Under the pieces are notes generated by a model, which saw nothing but the letters and a program-made list of their open reading frames with translations, did not search any database and was not told the DNA's origin. Shown piece after piece: positions 1 to 8,173 of a stretch of DNA of 64,000 bases. The position numbers and the translations under genes were made by a program. The stretch's first letter is position 1, and each line of letters starts with the position of its first letter. The stretch is from the IMG/VR virus record IMGVR_UViG_3300036863_000049, positions 4,640 to 68,639 of that record. One strand, 5' to 3'. The DNA is from a virus.

Positions 1-57
1 AAAGGCGCGCCCCGGATGGTACCCGAGACGCGCCAATAGCAGACAAGGAGAACGCCC

Positions 58-438
58 ATGTCTACCACCCTCAGTTTACCACCGATCGAGATCATGGCCG
101 CGGCCGCGGCCGAACTCGCCGAACAGGCCCAGATCGCCGGCGATCGTCCCCTCGTCAACGCGCTCAACAAAGCCATGCTCCAACTCCACGAAGGCACTGC
201 CCCGGTTCCGACCATCGGCGGCTGGCTGCTGGAGAGCCGCACGCGTCCCGGTACGGTTCATCGGATTAGCCTCAGAAATGGGTGTTCGTGCGAGGCCGGA
301 TGCAACGCGCGCACCTGCTGGCATGTGCAGCTGATGACCATTATCGAGCGCGCCGCCGAACAGTACACAATGCCCGCGCTGCACATTCAGGCCAAAGCCG
401 AGATTGACGCCGACTTGACCGCCAGCGCCGCTCCATAG
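58..438 (+). CDS. SWIM-like zinc-finger protein
   Basis: CSCEAG...TCWH (CxC-xn-CxH); RBS AAGGAG. Confidence 0.6.
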   Translation: MSTTLSLPPIEIMAAAAAELAEQAQIAGDRPLVNALNKAMLQLHEGTAPVPTIGGWLLESRTRPGTVHRISLRNGCSCEAGCNARTCWHVQLMTIIERAAEQYTMPALHIQAKAEIDADLTASAAP

Positions 439-449
439 GAGACACGACA

Positions 450-698
450 ATGCCACTCACTCACAACCAGCGCGCCATCCTCGCGGCCATCGAAGCCGGC
501 CACATCACGATCCGCGATATCGCGCAGCACACCGGCATCGGCTCGACGGCGACGGTTCACACGAATTTGAGGAAGCTCGAAAAGGGCGGCCACTTGATCC
601 TGCACAAGAACGGCGGCCATACGCAGGTTGATGCTGGCCGAGACTTCGCCCGAGGATGGGACACCGCCGCGCGGCTCGCTGGCAATCCCGACGCCTGA
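450..698 (+). CDS. LexA-like winged-HTH DNA-binding protein (no peptidase domain)
   Basis: LTHNQRAIL...TIRDIAQHTGIGSTATVHTNLRKLEKGG resembles the LexA N-terminal domain. Confidence 0.7.
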   Translation: MPLTHNQRAILAAIEAGHITIRDIAQHTGIGSTATVHTNLRKLEKGGHLILHKNGGHTQVDAGRDFARGWDTAARLAGNPDA

Positions 699-770
699 AC
701 CGAATCCAACCAGGCCGCGCCGTCGTTTTCGTCGGTGTAGCGGCCACTACAACCCAAAGGAGCAACGACC

Positions 771-1457
771 ATGATCACCCACAACGAAGAGACCGGATGG
801 GGCTTCACCCTCGGCAAGCAACCCTACGTCGGCTATGCCAGCCGCGAAGAAGCCGCAACCGCTTTGTACGACCTGGAGCGCGGTATCATCTGCCGCGCAA
901 CCGACGCAGCCCTAGCAGGAAACACGACGGACGATGAGATCGCGATCCTCGACTGGATAGACAAGCAGGCCGCGGCCCTGCCCGGCAACGTGATCGTCAC
1001 CGCCGCCGCGCGCTATGACACGAACGACGACGCCGTGACACCGACTATCCGCCCCACACCCGCCGGCCTGGCCATCGGCTATGACAGCGACGAGGGCGGC
1101 CCCGCGGCCATCACGGAGGTCTGGCACGCATCATCCGCGCCGCTCACGATCGTGCTGACCGACGATAATGAGTTGTGGGTGCTCAGCCGCGATGAGTGGG
1201 GCAGCCCGGCCCAGATCGTCACCGTCGAACGCCTCGCTGATGCGGAGTGCCCCTGCACCGATTATCGCTGCGGCAATGTGACCCTCGAAGTCCTCGACGA
1301 CCGTCACGACGATCCGGCCGGCGCCGGTCTGACCGTCTACAACTTCGGCGGCGACTGCCGCAGCCTGGCAAGCGCCGAGCAGGATGCGCGCGATCTGCTC
1401 ACGCTGCTCGGTGATGAGCGCGTCAAGGCAGCGATCGACGCCCGCATGAGTGCCTAA
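771..1457 (+). CDS. Hypothetical protein
   Basis: 228-aa ORF, strong RBS AAGGAG, GC-rich third positions. Confidence 0.7.
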   Translation: MITHNEETGWGFTLGKQPYVGYASREEAATALYDLERGIICRATDAALAGNTTDDEIAILDWIDKQAAALPGNVIVTAAARYDTNDDAVTPTIRPTPAGLAIGYDSDEGGPAAITEVWHASSAPLTIVLTDDNELWVLSRDEWGSPAQIVTVERLADAECPCTDYRCGNVTLEVLDDRHDDPAGAGLTVYNFGGDCRSLASAEQDARDLLTLLGDERVKAAIDARMSA

Positions 1458-1490
1458 TCATAACCGCTACCCTACAAGGAGACAACGACC

Positions 1491-1583
1491 ATGCTTTCGC
1501 TCACCATCCTGACCATCTCATCCGTGCTCTCGGGGTTCGCCATCGGCGTCGCGTTCGCACGCTACTACCGCCGCGCCGCCTAG
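1491..1583 (+). CDS. 30-aa single-TM peptide
   Basis: RBS AAGGAG; MLSLTILTISSVLSGFAIGVAFARYYRRAA. Confidence 0.55.
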   Translation: MLSLTILTISSVLSGFAIGVAFARYYRRAA

Positions 1584-1599
1584 CTCGTCCGTCGTCTCG

Positions 1600-1640
1600 C
1601 GCCCCGGTTCGCATCGTTGCAGCCGGGGCGTTCTCCTTGC
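1600..1640 (+). terminator. Putative intrinsic terminator
   Basis: CGCCCCGG...CCGGGGCG stem followed by TTCTCCTT. Confidence 0.5.
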
Positions 1641-1746
1641 CCGCTGCGCAACTTAGAGCGCAATTAGTACGTCTGTCTCATTGTCACGTGTGGTATCATA
1701 TATGTTGGATGTATTGCGCGAGCAATCACTGAGCGAAGGGATTCCA

Positions 1747-2103
1747 ATGACTACGCCGGCGCCAGAAGAGACAAACGGCGGCGATATGCCCGAAGATCTG
1801 GGGCTCGCTCTCCCGATTGAGTGGTATATTCCAGAAGGTCTTGCAACGCGCTACACGACGAATTACGTAGTTCAACATACGGAACACGAGTTCATCATCT
1901 CTTTCTTTGAGGTACCCACACCGATCTTGCTGGGCCGGCCCGACGAGGTGCGCGACGCCGCTAAGAAAATGGAATCAGTTCGCGCTACATGTGTCGCGCG
2001 CGTGGTTATTGCCGGCGGTCGGATGCCCGATTTCGTGCGAATTCTACAGGAGAACCTGGAAACGTACCGCGCCAGATTTGGACAGGAGGAGCACGATGAG
2101 TGA
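1747..2103 (+). CDS. DUF3467-like protein
   Basis: YTTNYVVQHTEHEFIISFFEV...ARVVI pattern. Confidence 0.55.
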   Translation: MTTPAPEETNGGDMPEDLGLALPIEWYIPEGLATRYTTNYVVQHTEHEFIISFFEVPTPILLGRPDEVRDAAKKMESVRATCVARVVIAGGRMPDFVRILQENLETYRARFGQEEHDE

Positions 2104-2332
2104 GCAGGTACTTCGGCTCCAGTTTGGCACAACCCAGAGCACTGGCTATGTGGTATCACTTCGCGCGGCCGTACGCGCAACAACAGCCTTATGGGATCTC
2201 GAGGAGGCATCAGAGCGCCGCTGGCAGGAGACTTTCGCGGCCTCCCAAGACTTTCTAGCAGAACTAGGGGACAAGGCGCTCGCCGACTTTTTGGCGGGTA
2301 ATACAGAAGTCCTCGATCCCGATAACTTGTGA
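2096..2332 (+). CDS. Putative type II antitoxin
   Basis: Acidic C-terminus ERRWQETFAASQDFLAELGDKALADFLAGNTEVLDPDNL; overlaps the toxin start by 4 nt. Confidence 0.65.
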   Translation: MSEQVLRLQFGTTQSTGYVVSLRAAVRATTALWDLEEASERRWQETFAASQDFLAELGDKALADFLAGNTEVLDPDNL

Positions 2333-2592
2333 TCTCGCATATCACCTCGGATTTTCGCGCCGCCTTTGCGCGGCTGCCTGAGCACGTGCGGCGGCAGGCA
2401 CGTGCTGCCTACCATCTATTTTGTCAGGACCCCCATCATCCCAGCTTACAATTTAAGTCGATAGTACCCTCTATCTACTCAGTGCGTATTGGCCCGCATT
2501 ACCGCGCCCTTGGAAAACGCCGTGAAGATACCATTATTTGGTATTGGATCGGTTCGCATGCCGATTATGACCGCCTCTGGAAACGCCAATAA
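2329..2592 (+). CDS. RelE/ParE-superfamily toxin
   Basis: FRAAFARLP...DPHHPSLQFK...YSVRIG..YRALG...WYWIGSHADYD. Confidence 0.8.
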   Translation: MISHITSDFRAAFARLPEHVRRQARAAYHLFCQDPHHPSLQFKSIVPSIYSVRIGPHYRALGKRREDTIIWYWIGSHADYDRLWKRQ

Positions 2593-2625
2593 AATGGAGC
2601 GCACCGCCCCGCCCCCGCCCGCAAC

Positions 2626-2660
2626 AATCCCCCCGCTCGCACCACGCGGCCGGGGGATTT
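2626..2660. terminator. Hairpin between convergent toxin and tail genes
   Basis: AATCCCCC...GGGGGATT inverted repeat. Confidence 0.5.
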
Positions 2661-2768
2661 GCTTTGTGTGTCGAAGCAACGACGCCACAGGAGCCATTCT
2701 GCCGATCTCGGCGTACCAGGACAGCGCTCCGACCGTCGCAGCGGGCAGGCTGGGGCGCTCATAGCCGC

Positions 2769-3923
2769 TCATGCGCTCAGCCGCGCGAGTAGCGCATCAA
2801 CACTGTCACTCGCCGCCGGCTCCAACGTCACACCAATGCGATCGCCACTCACTGAGCACGTCACCCGCTCGACGTACTGGCGTGTCGCCGCATCATAGGC
2901 GGTTGAAACGGGGCTGGCATCAAGAAGCCCGATCTCCTGGTACATCGTATCGGGCCGGACCTCCCACGGCGGAACCAAACTGCCATCTGGTGTGTAGACC
3001 GCATGGCTTCCGAGCGGCGAAACATAGGTAGGGATGGCAGGCGTCGCGCCAGCCCACTTACGGAACGTGAGCAGCCGCCCCTCCAGGCACATCAGCACCC
3101 AGCGATCAACGCCGTCCCCCTGTGCGACCAGCGCTTCGATCTTATCCTGGTATGGCGTGAGTGGTGCGATATACTCCGTATCACTTACCCCCGTTGCTCC
3201 GATCTGTGCCGTTGACGTGCTGAGGAATGCGTTCGTCACGCCGATGCCGACGCCGGAGGCCGCGATGAGCGCACCGATCTGCGTATTCGTCGCCGTAAAC
3301 GTCGTGCTGGTGCGGCTGGTGAGCACCCAGCCGAGCGTTGCGTACCAGCCGCGGAAGAGCAGATCCACGCGCACATCACCGCCGGCCCCCGTCGCGATCT
3401 CGGTACTCGGCGTCTGCGGCGGATTTTTGTACTTGGCGAGCACTTGCGTGGCCGCGTTCGTCGCCGCTGTTAAGGATGAGCCGCCGAGCGCGACGACGAG
3501 CTGCTTTGTCCCATAGGTCGCGATGCTCGAGGCGTCACTAACAACGCTCGCAGTCGTTCCAATGCCCTGATCATCTGAGTAGCGCGGGCGAATGGAGTTG
3601 TACATTTTCTCCAGGCTGATGCTGCGCTTCCGTCCGCCGAGTGAGATGCTGATCTCGGAGAGGTAGCCCTCCCAAACAATCCCAACGTCTGGGCCATACA
3701 CCACGGTCGAACGCATCAGCCAATTACTGAGGATGTCAACCGCTTCATCCAGGTCGCACGTGAAGCCGATTCTCATCGACTCGAAGCCGCCCCGCGCTGC
3801 GATCGTGTGCTCATAGTCATCCGCGCGCATAGCCAAGTCGATACCGAGATACGTGGCGCTCGGCACACCGGCCGCCCCCCGGTCAAAAAGCGGGATCGAT
3901 AGGCCAATCTCAGTGAGTAACAT
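2769..3923 (-). CDS. Satellite-borne tail-tip hub (Tal-like) protein
   Basis: Paralogue of 18475-19629 and 63172-64000, which occupy the post-tape-measure/Dit position of the phage. Confidence 0.65.
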   Translation of the reverse strand: MLLTEIGLSIPLFDRGAAGVPSATYLGIDLAMRADDYEHTIAARGGFESMRIGFTCDLDEAVDILSNWLMRSTVVYGPDVGIVWEGYLSEISISLGGRKRSISLEKMYNSIRPRYSDDQGIGTTASVVSDASSIATYGTKQLVVALGGSSLTAATNAATQVLAKYKNPPQTPSTEIATGAGGDVRVDLLFRGWYATLGWVLTSRTSTTFTATNTQIGALIAASGVGIGVTNAFLSTSTAQIGATGVSDTEYIAPLTPYQDKIEALVAQGDGVDRWVLMCLEGRLLTFRKWAGATPAIPTYVSPLGSHAVYTPDGSLVPPWEVRPDTMYQEIGLLDASPVSTAYDAATRQYVERVTCSVSGDRIGVTLEPAASDSVDALLARLSA

Positions 3924-3924
3924 C

Positions 3925-5283
3925 CTAATTGTTCCCCCGTAGAGTCGTATACAGTTGCGCGAAGGTTACCGTGATCGTCGTGGTATCCGTCTTGAGGTGC
4001 GCGTTCGTGCCGCCAGTCACCCACGCGGCATAGAGCGATGCGCCGCTTATCCCCACCGGGAGCCGGCCGATGCTCGTTCCGGTAAATACCGGCTTGCTGG
4101 TTGCAGTGGTGATGGTCTGAACAAGTGGGGGATTCTGCGGTAGCCATGCGAGGGCCGTGTTGCGGTTCTGTGCCATGATCGTCTGAATGGCCTGCCCCGC
4201 GATCAGCGACCCACCGTAGGGTGTGATTTTACACCACGTATAGTACAAGAGCACCTCGATATAATCGAGCGTGGTGCCAACCGTAGTGGTGCCATCGGCC
4301 GATTTAATATCGAACTGCAAATCCAGGTCGACCGTCGTTGGGAGCGGCGTCTGAAAGACCGTCGGCGAGATATAGCCGAGATCGACATAGCTTGTCCCTG
4401 AAGCGCCGCCCACAAGCACCCACGGCCCAAGCGTCTGCCGTCCCATCGCGGCGTAGCGCATGAGCAACTGCGCGCCATTCGAGATCGACGCCGTGCGCGC
4501 GATGACGCGGACTTTAAGGTTGGGGTTGCCACGCACCGCCGTCACATCGAACGCGGCCGGCGTGGGTGTCAGGGTTACGGTGCCGGTCGTCGAGCCCGTG
4601 CCGGCATTCGCGAGATAGGTTCGGCTGGCGACGATTCCGAGGTAAACATCCAGGGTGGTCGTCGTCGTCGGACGTCCGAACTTCACGTTGAGTGGCTGCC
4701 CTTCATAAATCAAGTCGCCGAACAGCGTGCCGAGCGCCTGGGTGTTGTTATTCGCGCCCGTGCCGACATTCGTAAATGTTGCCGCGTTGATAAGCGTTTG
4801 CAGGCCCGTCGCGCCAAAAAAGGGCGCGCGGGTGAGGATAAGCTCGGCGTCAATATCGTTCCAGCCCTCCCACGCCTCGAACCCACTCTGTTGCTCGGTC
4901 ACCTCACGCAGATAGCCACTATAGATCTCGGTATAGAAGAGGGCGCTGGCGCTCGCCTCTCTCATCGTGAGCAGGACTGGCCGTTGCGACAAGGTGCGTT
5001 TGAGCAACTGCAACTGCACCAGCGCATTTTCGTGTGACGATCCCGCGATGCTGATCGGGATGCGCTCGACCACATTATCATAGCTGAGATAGGCCAGTTG
5101 CCGCCCCGAGACGAACGGCGGGCCGCCGCCCCAGACGTTCTGCGGCTCGGGCGCGGTCAACGTCCAGCCGCGCCGAATGGCGAATGGCGTGGTACTAACG
5201 ACCGTTGGATCGCCGCCCGGTGTTGGCGTGCCACTGCTGTTGACGAGGTGAACCGTGCCGATCGTGACAATAGGAAGTGCCAT
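3925..5283 (-). CDS. Satellite-borne distal tail (Dit-like) protein
   Basis: Colinear homologue of 20101-21456, the gene directly after the tape measure. Confidence 0.7.
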   Translation of the reverse strand: MALPIVTIGTVHLVNSSGTPTPGGDPTVVSTTPFAIRRGWTLTAPEPQNVWGGGPPFVSGRQLAYLSYDNVVERIPISIAGSSHENALVQLQLLKRTLSQRPVLLTMREASASALFYTEIYSGYLREVTEQQSGFEAWEGWNDIDAELILTRAPFFGATGLQTLINAATFTNVGTGANNNTQALGTLFGDLIYEGQPLNVKFGRPTTTTTLDVYLGIVASRTYLANAGTGSTTGTVTLTPTPAAFDVTAVRGNPNLKVRVIARTASISNGAQLLMRYAAMGRQTLGPWVLVGGASGTSYVDLGYISPTVFQTPLPTTVDLDLQFDIKSADGTTTVGTTLDYIEVLLYYTWCKITPYGGSLIAGQAIQTIMAQNRNTALAWLPQNPPLVQTITTATSKPVFTGTSIGRLPVGISGASLYAAWVTGGTNAHLKTDTTTITVTFAQLYTTLRGNN

Positions 5284-5528
5284 TACATCACCACCCCTTC
5301 GAGCTGGGTGCGGCGCCGCGCCAACTCAGCCCACATGTCGGCGTCGGGATGCTGCCAGGGCACAGACCCCGATCGCCCAGTCTGCGGGTCGCCGGTCATC
5401 TCCCAAATGACCGCGCACCACTCGATATACAGCGGTGCCCAGGCGCTGGGGCACGTCTGAAGCAGCCGCAGCTGCGAGCCGGGCGCGACCTCGTAGCGGT
5501 CGAGCATTCTCTGAATCGGGTCAGGCAT
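5283..5528 (-). CDS. Hypothetical protein
   Basis: Stop overlaps the start of the Dit-like gene. Confidence 0.5.
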   Translation of the reverse strand: MPDPIQRMLDRYEVAPGSQLRLLQTCPSAWAPLYIEWCAVIWEMTGDPQTGRSGSVPWQHPDADMWAELARRRTQLEGVVM

Positions 5529-5576
5529 TGGTAACTCCTTATCGCAACAAAACGATCCCAAAAAAAGGGAAAAACG

Positions 5577-5795
5577 CTATGGCTTCTTGGCCAGCCCCGG
5601 AAACAACTTCACCACGCCGGCGATCTCGGCACGCGCCTCTGACCCAAGCGCATCCCTGAGCAGCGCCCGCGTCTCTTTCCGCCAGCGCTTGACCGTGGTG
5701 AGCGGAACGCCGAGCTGTGCGGCGACGTAGCCGGGCGTGTCACCCGTCATCAGCATCGCCAGCGCCTGGGCCTTCGTCTGCTCACGGTGAGCCAT
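5577..5795 (-). CDS. HTH protein, terminase-small-subunit-like DNA-binding domain
   Basis: KAQALAMLMTGDTPGYVAAQLGVPLTTVKRW; lies in the late operon. Confidence 0.5.
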   Translation of the reverse strand: MAHREQTKAQALAMLMTGDTPGYVAAQLGVPLTTVKRWRKETRALLRDALGSEARAEIAGVVKLFPGLAKKP

Positions 5796-6600
5796 TGACG
5801 TTCACCTGTTGCCCGCCAAGGGTAGCAACATTCACTTGCACGGACGGCAGCCTGAGGAGCCGCCGCACACGCGCCAGCGTCTCGATCGATCGGAGATAGC
5901 GGGCCTGCTTGGATGTCAAGATGCGCTCCCACTGCTCCAACATATTCGTGGTCAGTTCACCGCGCTCAACTTGCTGGCCGTAGTGCATTTCAAGCCGGAA
6001 ATGGTCTAGCCAGCAGAGCACCACCTCGTCAATCAAGAGTCGCTCGATCTCGGTCGCGCCTTCCCTGCCCAGGTCGTGCGCAAGCGCCGTGCATCGGGCA
6101 TCGATCGCGGTCCTGATGATCGGGTGCGCGTCGCTTGAGGGCAGCATCGCCAGTCTCGCCATCTCGGCCTGATCGCCGAACACCCGCGCGAGTCTGGTGT
6201 GCTCATTCAGCAGCGCGCGAAAGCGGCGTACCTCATCCGGCGTGGGCCTCTTCTTGCGGTACAACGTCTGGGCCAGCGTAAAAGCATCCGATGAGTCAGG
6301 CATCTGTTGCAACCTCCACTGGCGCTTGTGCTGATGAAACCCCAGCGCCGTCAATACCTCGCGGGTCGTGGTCCGCACAGTGGCGCGGTAGGCATCCATC
6401 TCCGCCGGGGCGCGCGTCGCATCCACAAAGCGATCATGTGCGACCTGAGCCTCGCGCTGTTCCTCGGCCCGCCGCTCCTGGTCAAGCGCATCAAGTTCGG
6501 CGATCAGCGCGGCGGTCTCGCCAGCGCCGATATACTCCGTGTGACATGTGCCGCCCCGCCAGTGCTGGCGGCGATAGTAGCGGCCTTTTGCCCAACCCAT
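5782..6600 (-). CDS. Helical hypothetical protein, possible packaging factor
   Basis: 272-aa ORF ending QVNVATLGGQQVNV; overlaps the HTH gene. Confidence 0.55.
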   Translation of the reverse strand: MGWAKGRYYRRQHWRGGTCHTEYIGAGETAALIAELDALDQERRAEEQREAQVAHDRFVDATRAPAEMDAYRATVRTTTREVLTALGFHQHKRQWRLQQMPDSSDAFTLAQTLYRKKRPTPDEVRRFRALLNEHTRLARVFGDQAEMARLAMLPSSDAHPIIRTAIDARCTALAHDLGREGATEIERLLIDEVVLCWLDHFRLEMHYGQQVERGELTTNMLEQWERILTSKQARYLRSIETLARVRRLLRLPSVQVNVATLGGQQVNVNGSP

Positions 6601-6726
6601 ATGCGGGGCATCCTCACAAGTCTAGGACAATAATCAATCGCCCCAGCGGCCGCCCGTTGCGCTGCCGGCGTCCGCATCTCACCGATGCGCTGTAGCCGGC
6701 CTGTGGCCACGAGCGACCGCTCCGTG

Positions 6727-7062
6727 CTAGCCTTCCGTCGATGCGACCCCGGTAACGGTGATGGTGCCGCTCGTCCAAGACGAGATGCGCGCACGCACAC
6801 TGCCGAGGCCACCGACATTGGCCCGAAACATTCCATCGGCCGTGGCAGTCGTGACGACGGTCCCGGCAATAATCAGCGACGTGACCGGTAGCGCAACCCA
6901 CGTCGCGCCGTCGTTCGTCGCCTCGAAGGTGATGGTTGCCGTGGTGATACCCACGACCTGAATGCCCAGCCAGGTAAACCCGCTGCAATCGATGGGTGTG
7001 CCGTTGCCGACGGCCACGGCGCCGGTCTGCAGGTTCTGGCGCGCGGTGTATCCTTTAGGCAT
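6727..7062 (-). CDS. Satellite copy of the helper head-region beta-rich virion protein
   Basis: Colinear with 27899-28231; both start MPKGYTARQNLQT. Confidence 0.75.
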   Translation of the reverse strand: MPKGYTARQNLQTGAVAVGNGTPIDCSGFTWLGIQVVGITTATITFEATNDGATWVALPVTSLIIAGTVVTTATADGMFRANVGGLGSVRARISSWTSGTITVTGVASTEG

Positions 7063-7064
7063 TT

Positions 7065-7727
7065 TTATCCCCTCCCAAACCGCTTGCGCCGCGGGGGCGG
7101 CTCGACAATGACCGCTTCCGGCTCGACCACGGGCGGCGCATTATCAGGCCAATTCCACGCCTTCAGGCCGCTCTCAACCGACCCCCTGAGCAGCTCAAAA
7201 TCGCGCGCCTGTCGCTCGAGATCGGCAATTTGCGTCCTGGTCTGTCGCTCCTGGTTGCGTAGCGTTCTCAGCACACCGCCCGCGGTTTCACCCGCAACAT
7301 ACAGATCGGTGCGCACCTCGGCGATGGCCTCCGAGAACGCTCGACCCGACTCAGCGACGCGCCCATCCAAGATGCCGAGATAGCGATCCAGGTCGTCGCG
7401 CCGATGAGCGCGCGCCGTAACTGTTTCAAGATCGGCATCGGCGGGCAGCGGGGATGACGCCGCCTGTCGTTCGTCCTGGGCAGCACGGCGCGCCCGAATG
7501 TTCGCCTGGTGCGTCGTGTACAGCGCATCGATACGCGCCAGCAAGATAGGGTCGAGGCACGCGGTCTGCGCCTTGACCAGTTCAGCCGCGCTTGCCTTCC
7601 GAGTCTCTGCAACCTCATCCACCCGCGGCGCGTCGATCGGGTGATTCGGGTCGGTGGGCGGCTTCACGCCCCAGGGCGGGTTGGGCAAGATCAAGACGCG
7701 GCCTCGTCCTTCATCTTCATCGAACAC
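7065..7727 (-). CDS. Coiled-coil hypothetical protein
   Basis: GTG start after AAAGGAA RBS; helical with basic C-terminus. Confidence 0.6.
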   Translation of the reverse strand: MFDEDEGRGRVLILPNPPWGVKPPTDPNHPIDAPRVDEVAETRKASAAELVKAQTACLDPILLARIDALYTTHQANIRARRAAQDERQAASSPLPADADLETVTARAHRRDDLDRYLGILDGRVAESGRAFSEAIAEVRTDLYVAGETAGGVLRTLRNQERQTRTQIADLERQARDFELLRGSVESGLKAWNWPDNAPPVVEPEAVIVEPPPRRKRFGRG

Positions 7728-7989
7728 GGCGGTTCCTTTCTTCCACGCGCTCAAAGGCGCGACCTGCGGCGATACCCGCGTCGATGCCGGCCCGGACACC
7801 CAGATCGCGGGCCTGAATAATCGCGGCGCGCTGGATCGCGAGCGCTTCGAGTGCAGGATCGGGCGGCGGCGGGGGCGTTGCCTGTCGTTTTCGCTCGGCG
7901 ACCAGCGCCTGAGCCTGAGCGAGCGTGATGGGCTGGCGGGCAAGCGCGTAGCGGACATGCGCCTCGAAGGGTTCGTCGGGAGTGCTCAT
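7717..7989 (-). CDS. Hypothetical protein
   Basis: RBS AAGGA; tightly packed operon. Confidence 0.5.
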   Translation of the reverse strand: MSTPDEPFEAHVRYALARQPITLAQAQALVAERKRQATPPPPPDPALEALAIQRAAIIQARDLGVRAGIDAGIAAGRAFERVEERNRRVR

Positions 7990-8162
7990 GGTTGTTTGTC
8001 CTTTTCTTGTTCGGGCGGTTCTACCGCCGCTTTCAAGGCTTTCGTCGCCAACCGCTGGGCCTCGCTCTCGCCGCTTCGCTCGCGCGCTTTGTCAATTGCG
8101 TCCCAGAGCTGGAAAAGCTTTCGCTCAGATTCGGATGGGCCGGAACCGTTCTTGCGGGTCAT
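7986..8162 (-). CDS. 58-aa hypothetical protein
   Basis: RBS GGAGG; ATGA overlap with the next gene. Confidence 0.5.
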   Translation of the reverse strand: MTRKNGSGPSESERKLFQLWDAIDKARERSGESEAQRLATKALKAAVEPPEQEKDKQP

Positions 8163-8173
8163 ACTGCCTCCTG

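Larger units (their letters stand above)
1..3632 (+). repeat. Direct repeat copy 1 (matches 15707-19338)
   Basis: Identical ORF translations at offset 15706; first mismatch seen at 3633/19339. May extend left of the window. Confidence 0.95.
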
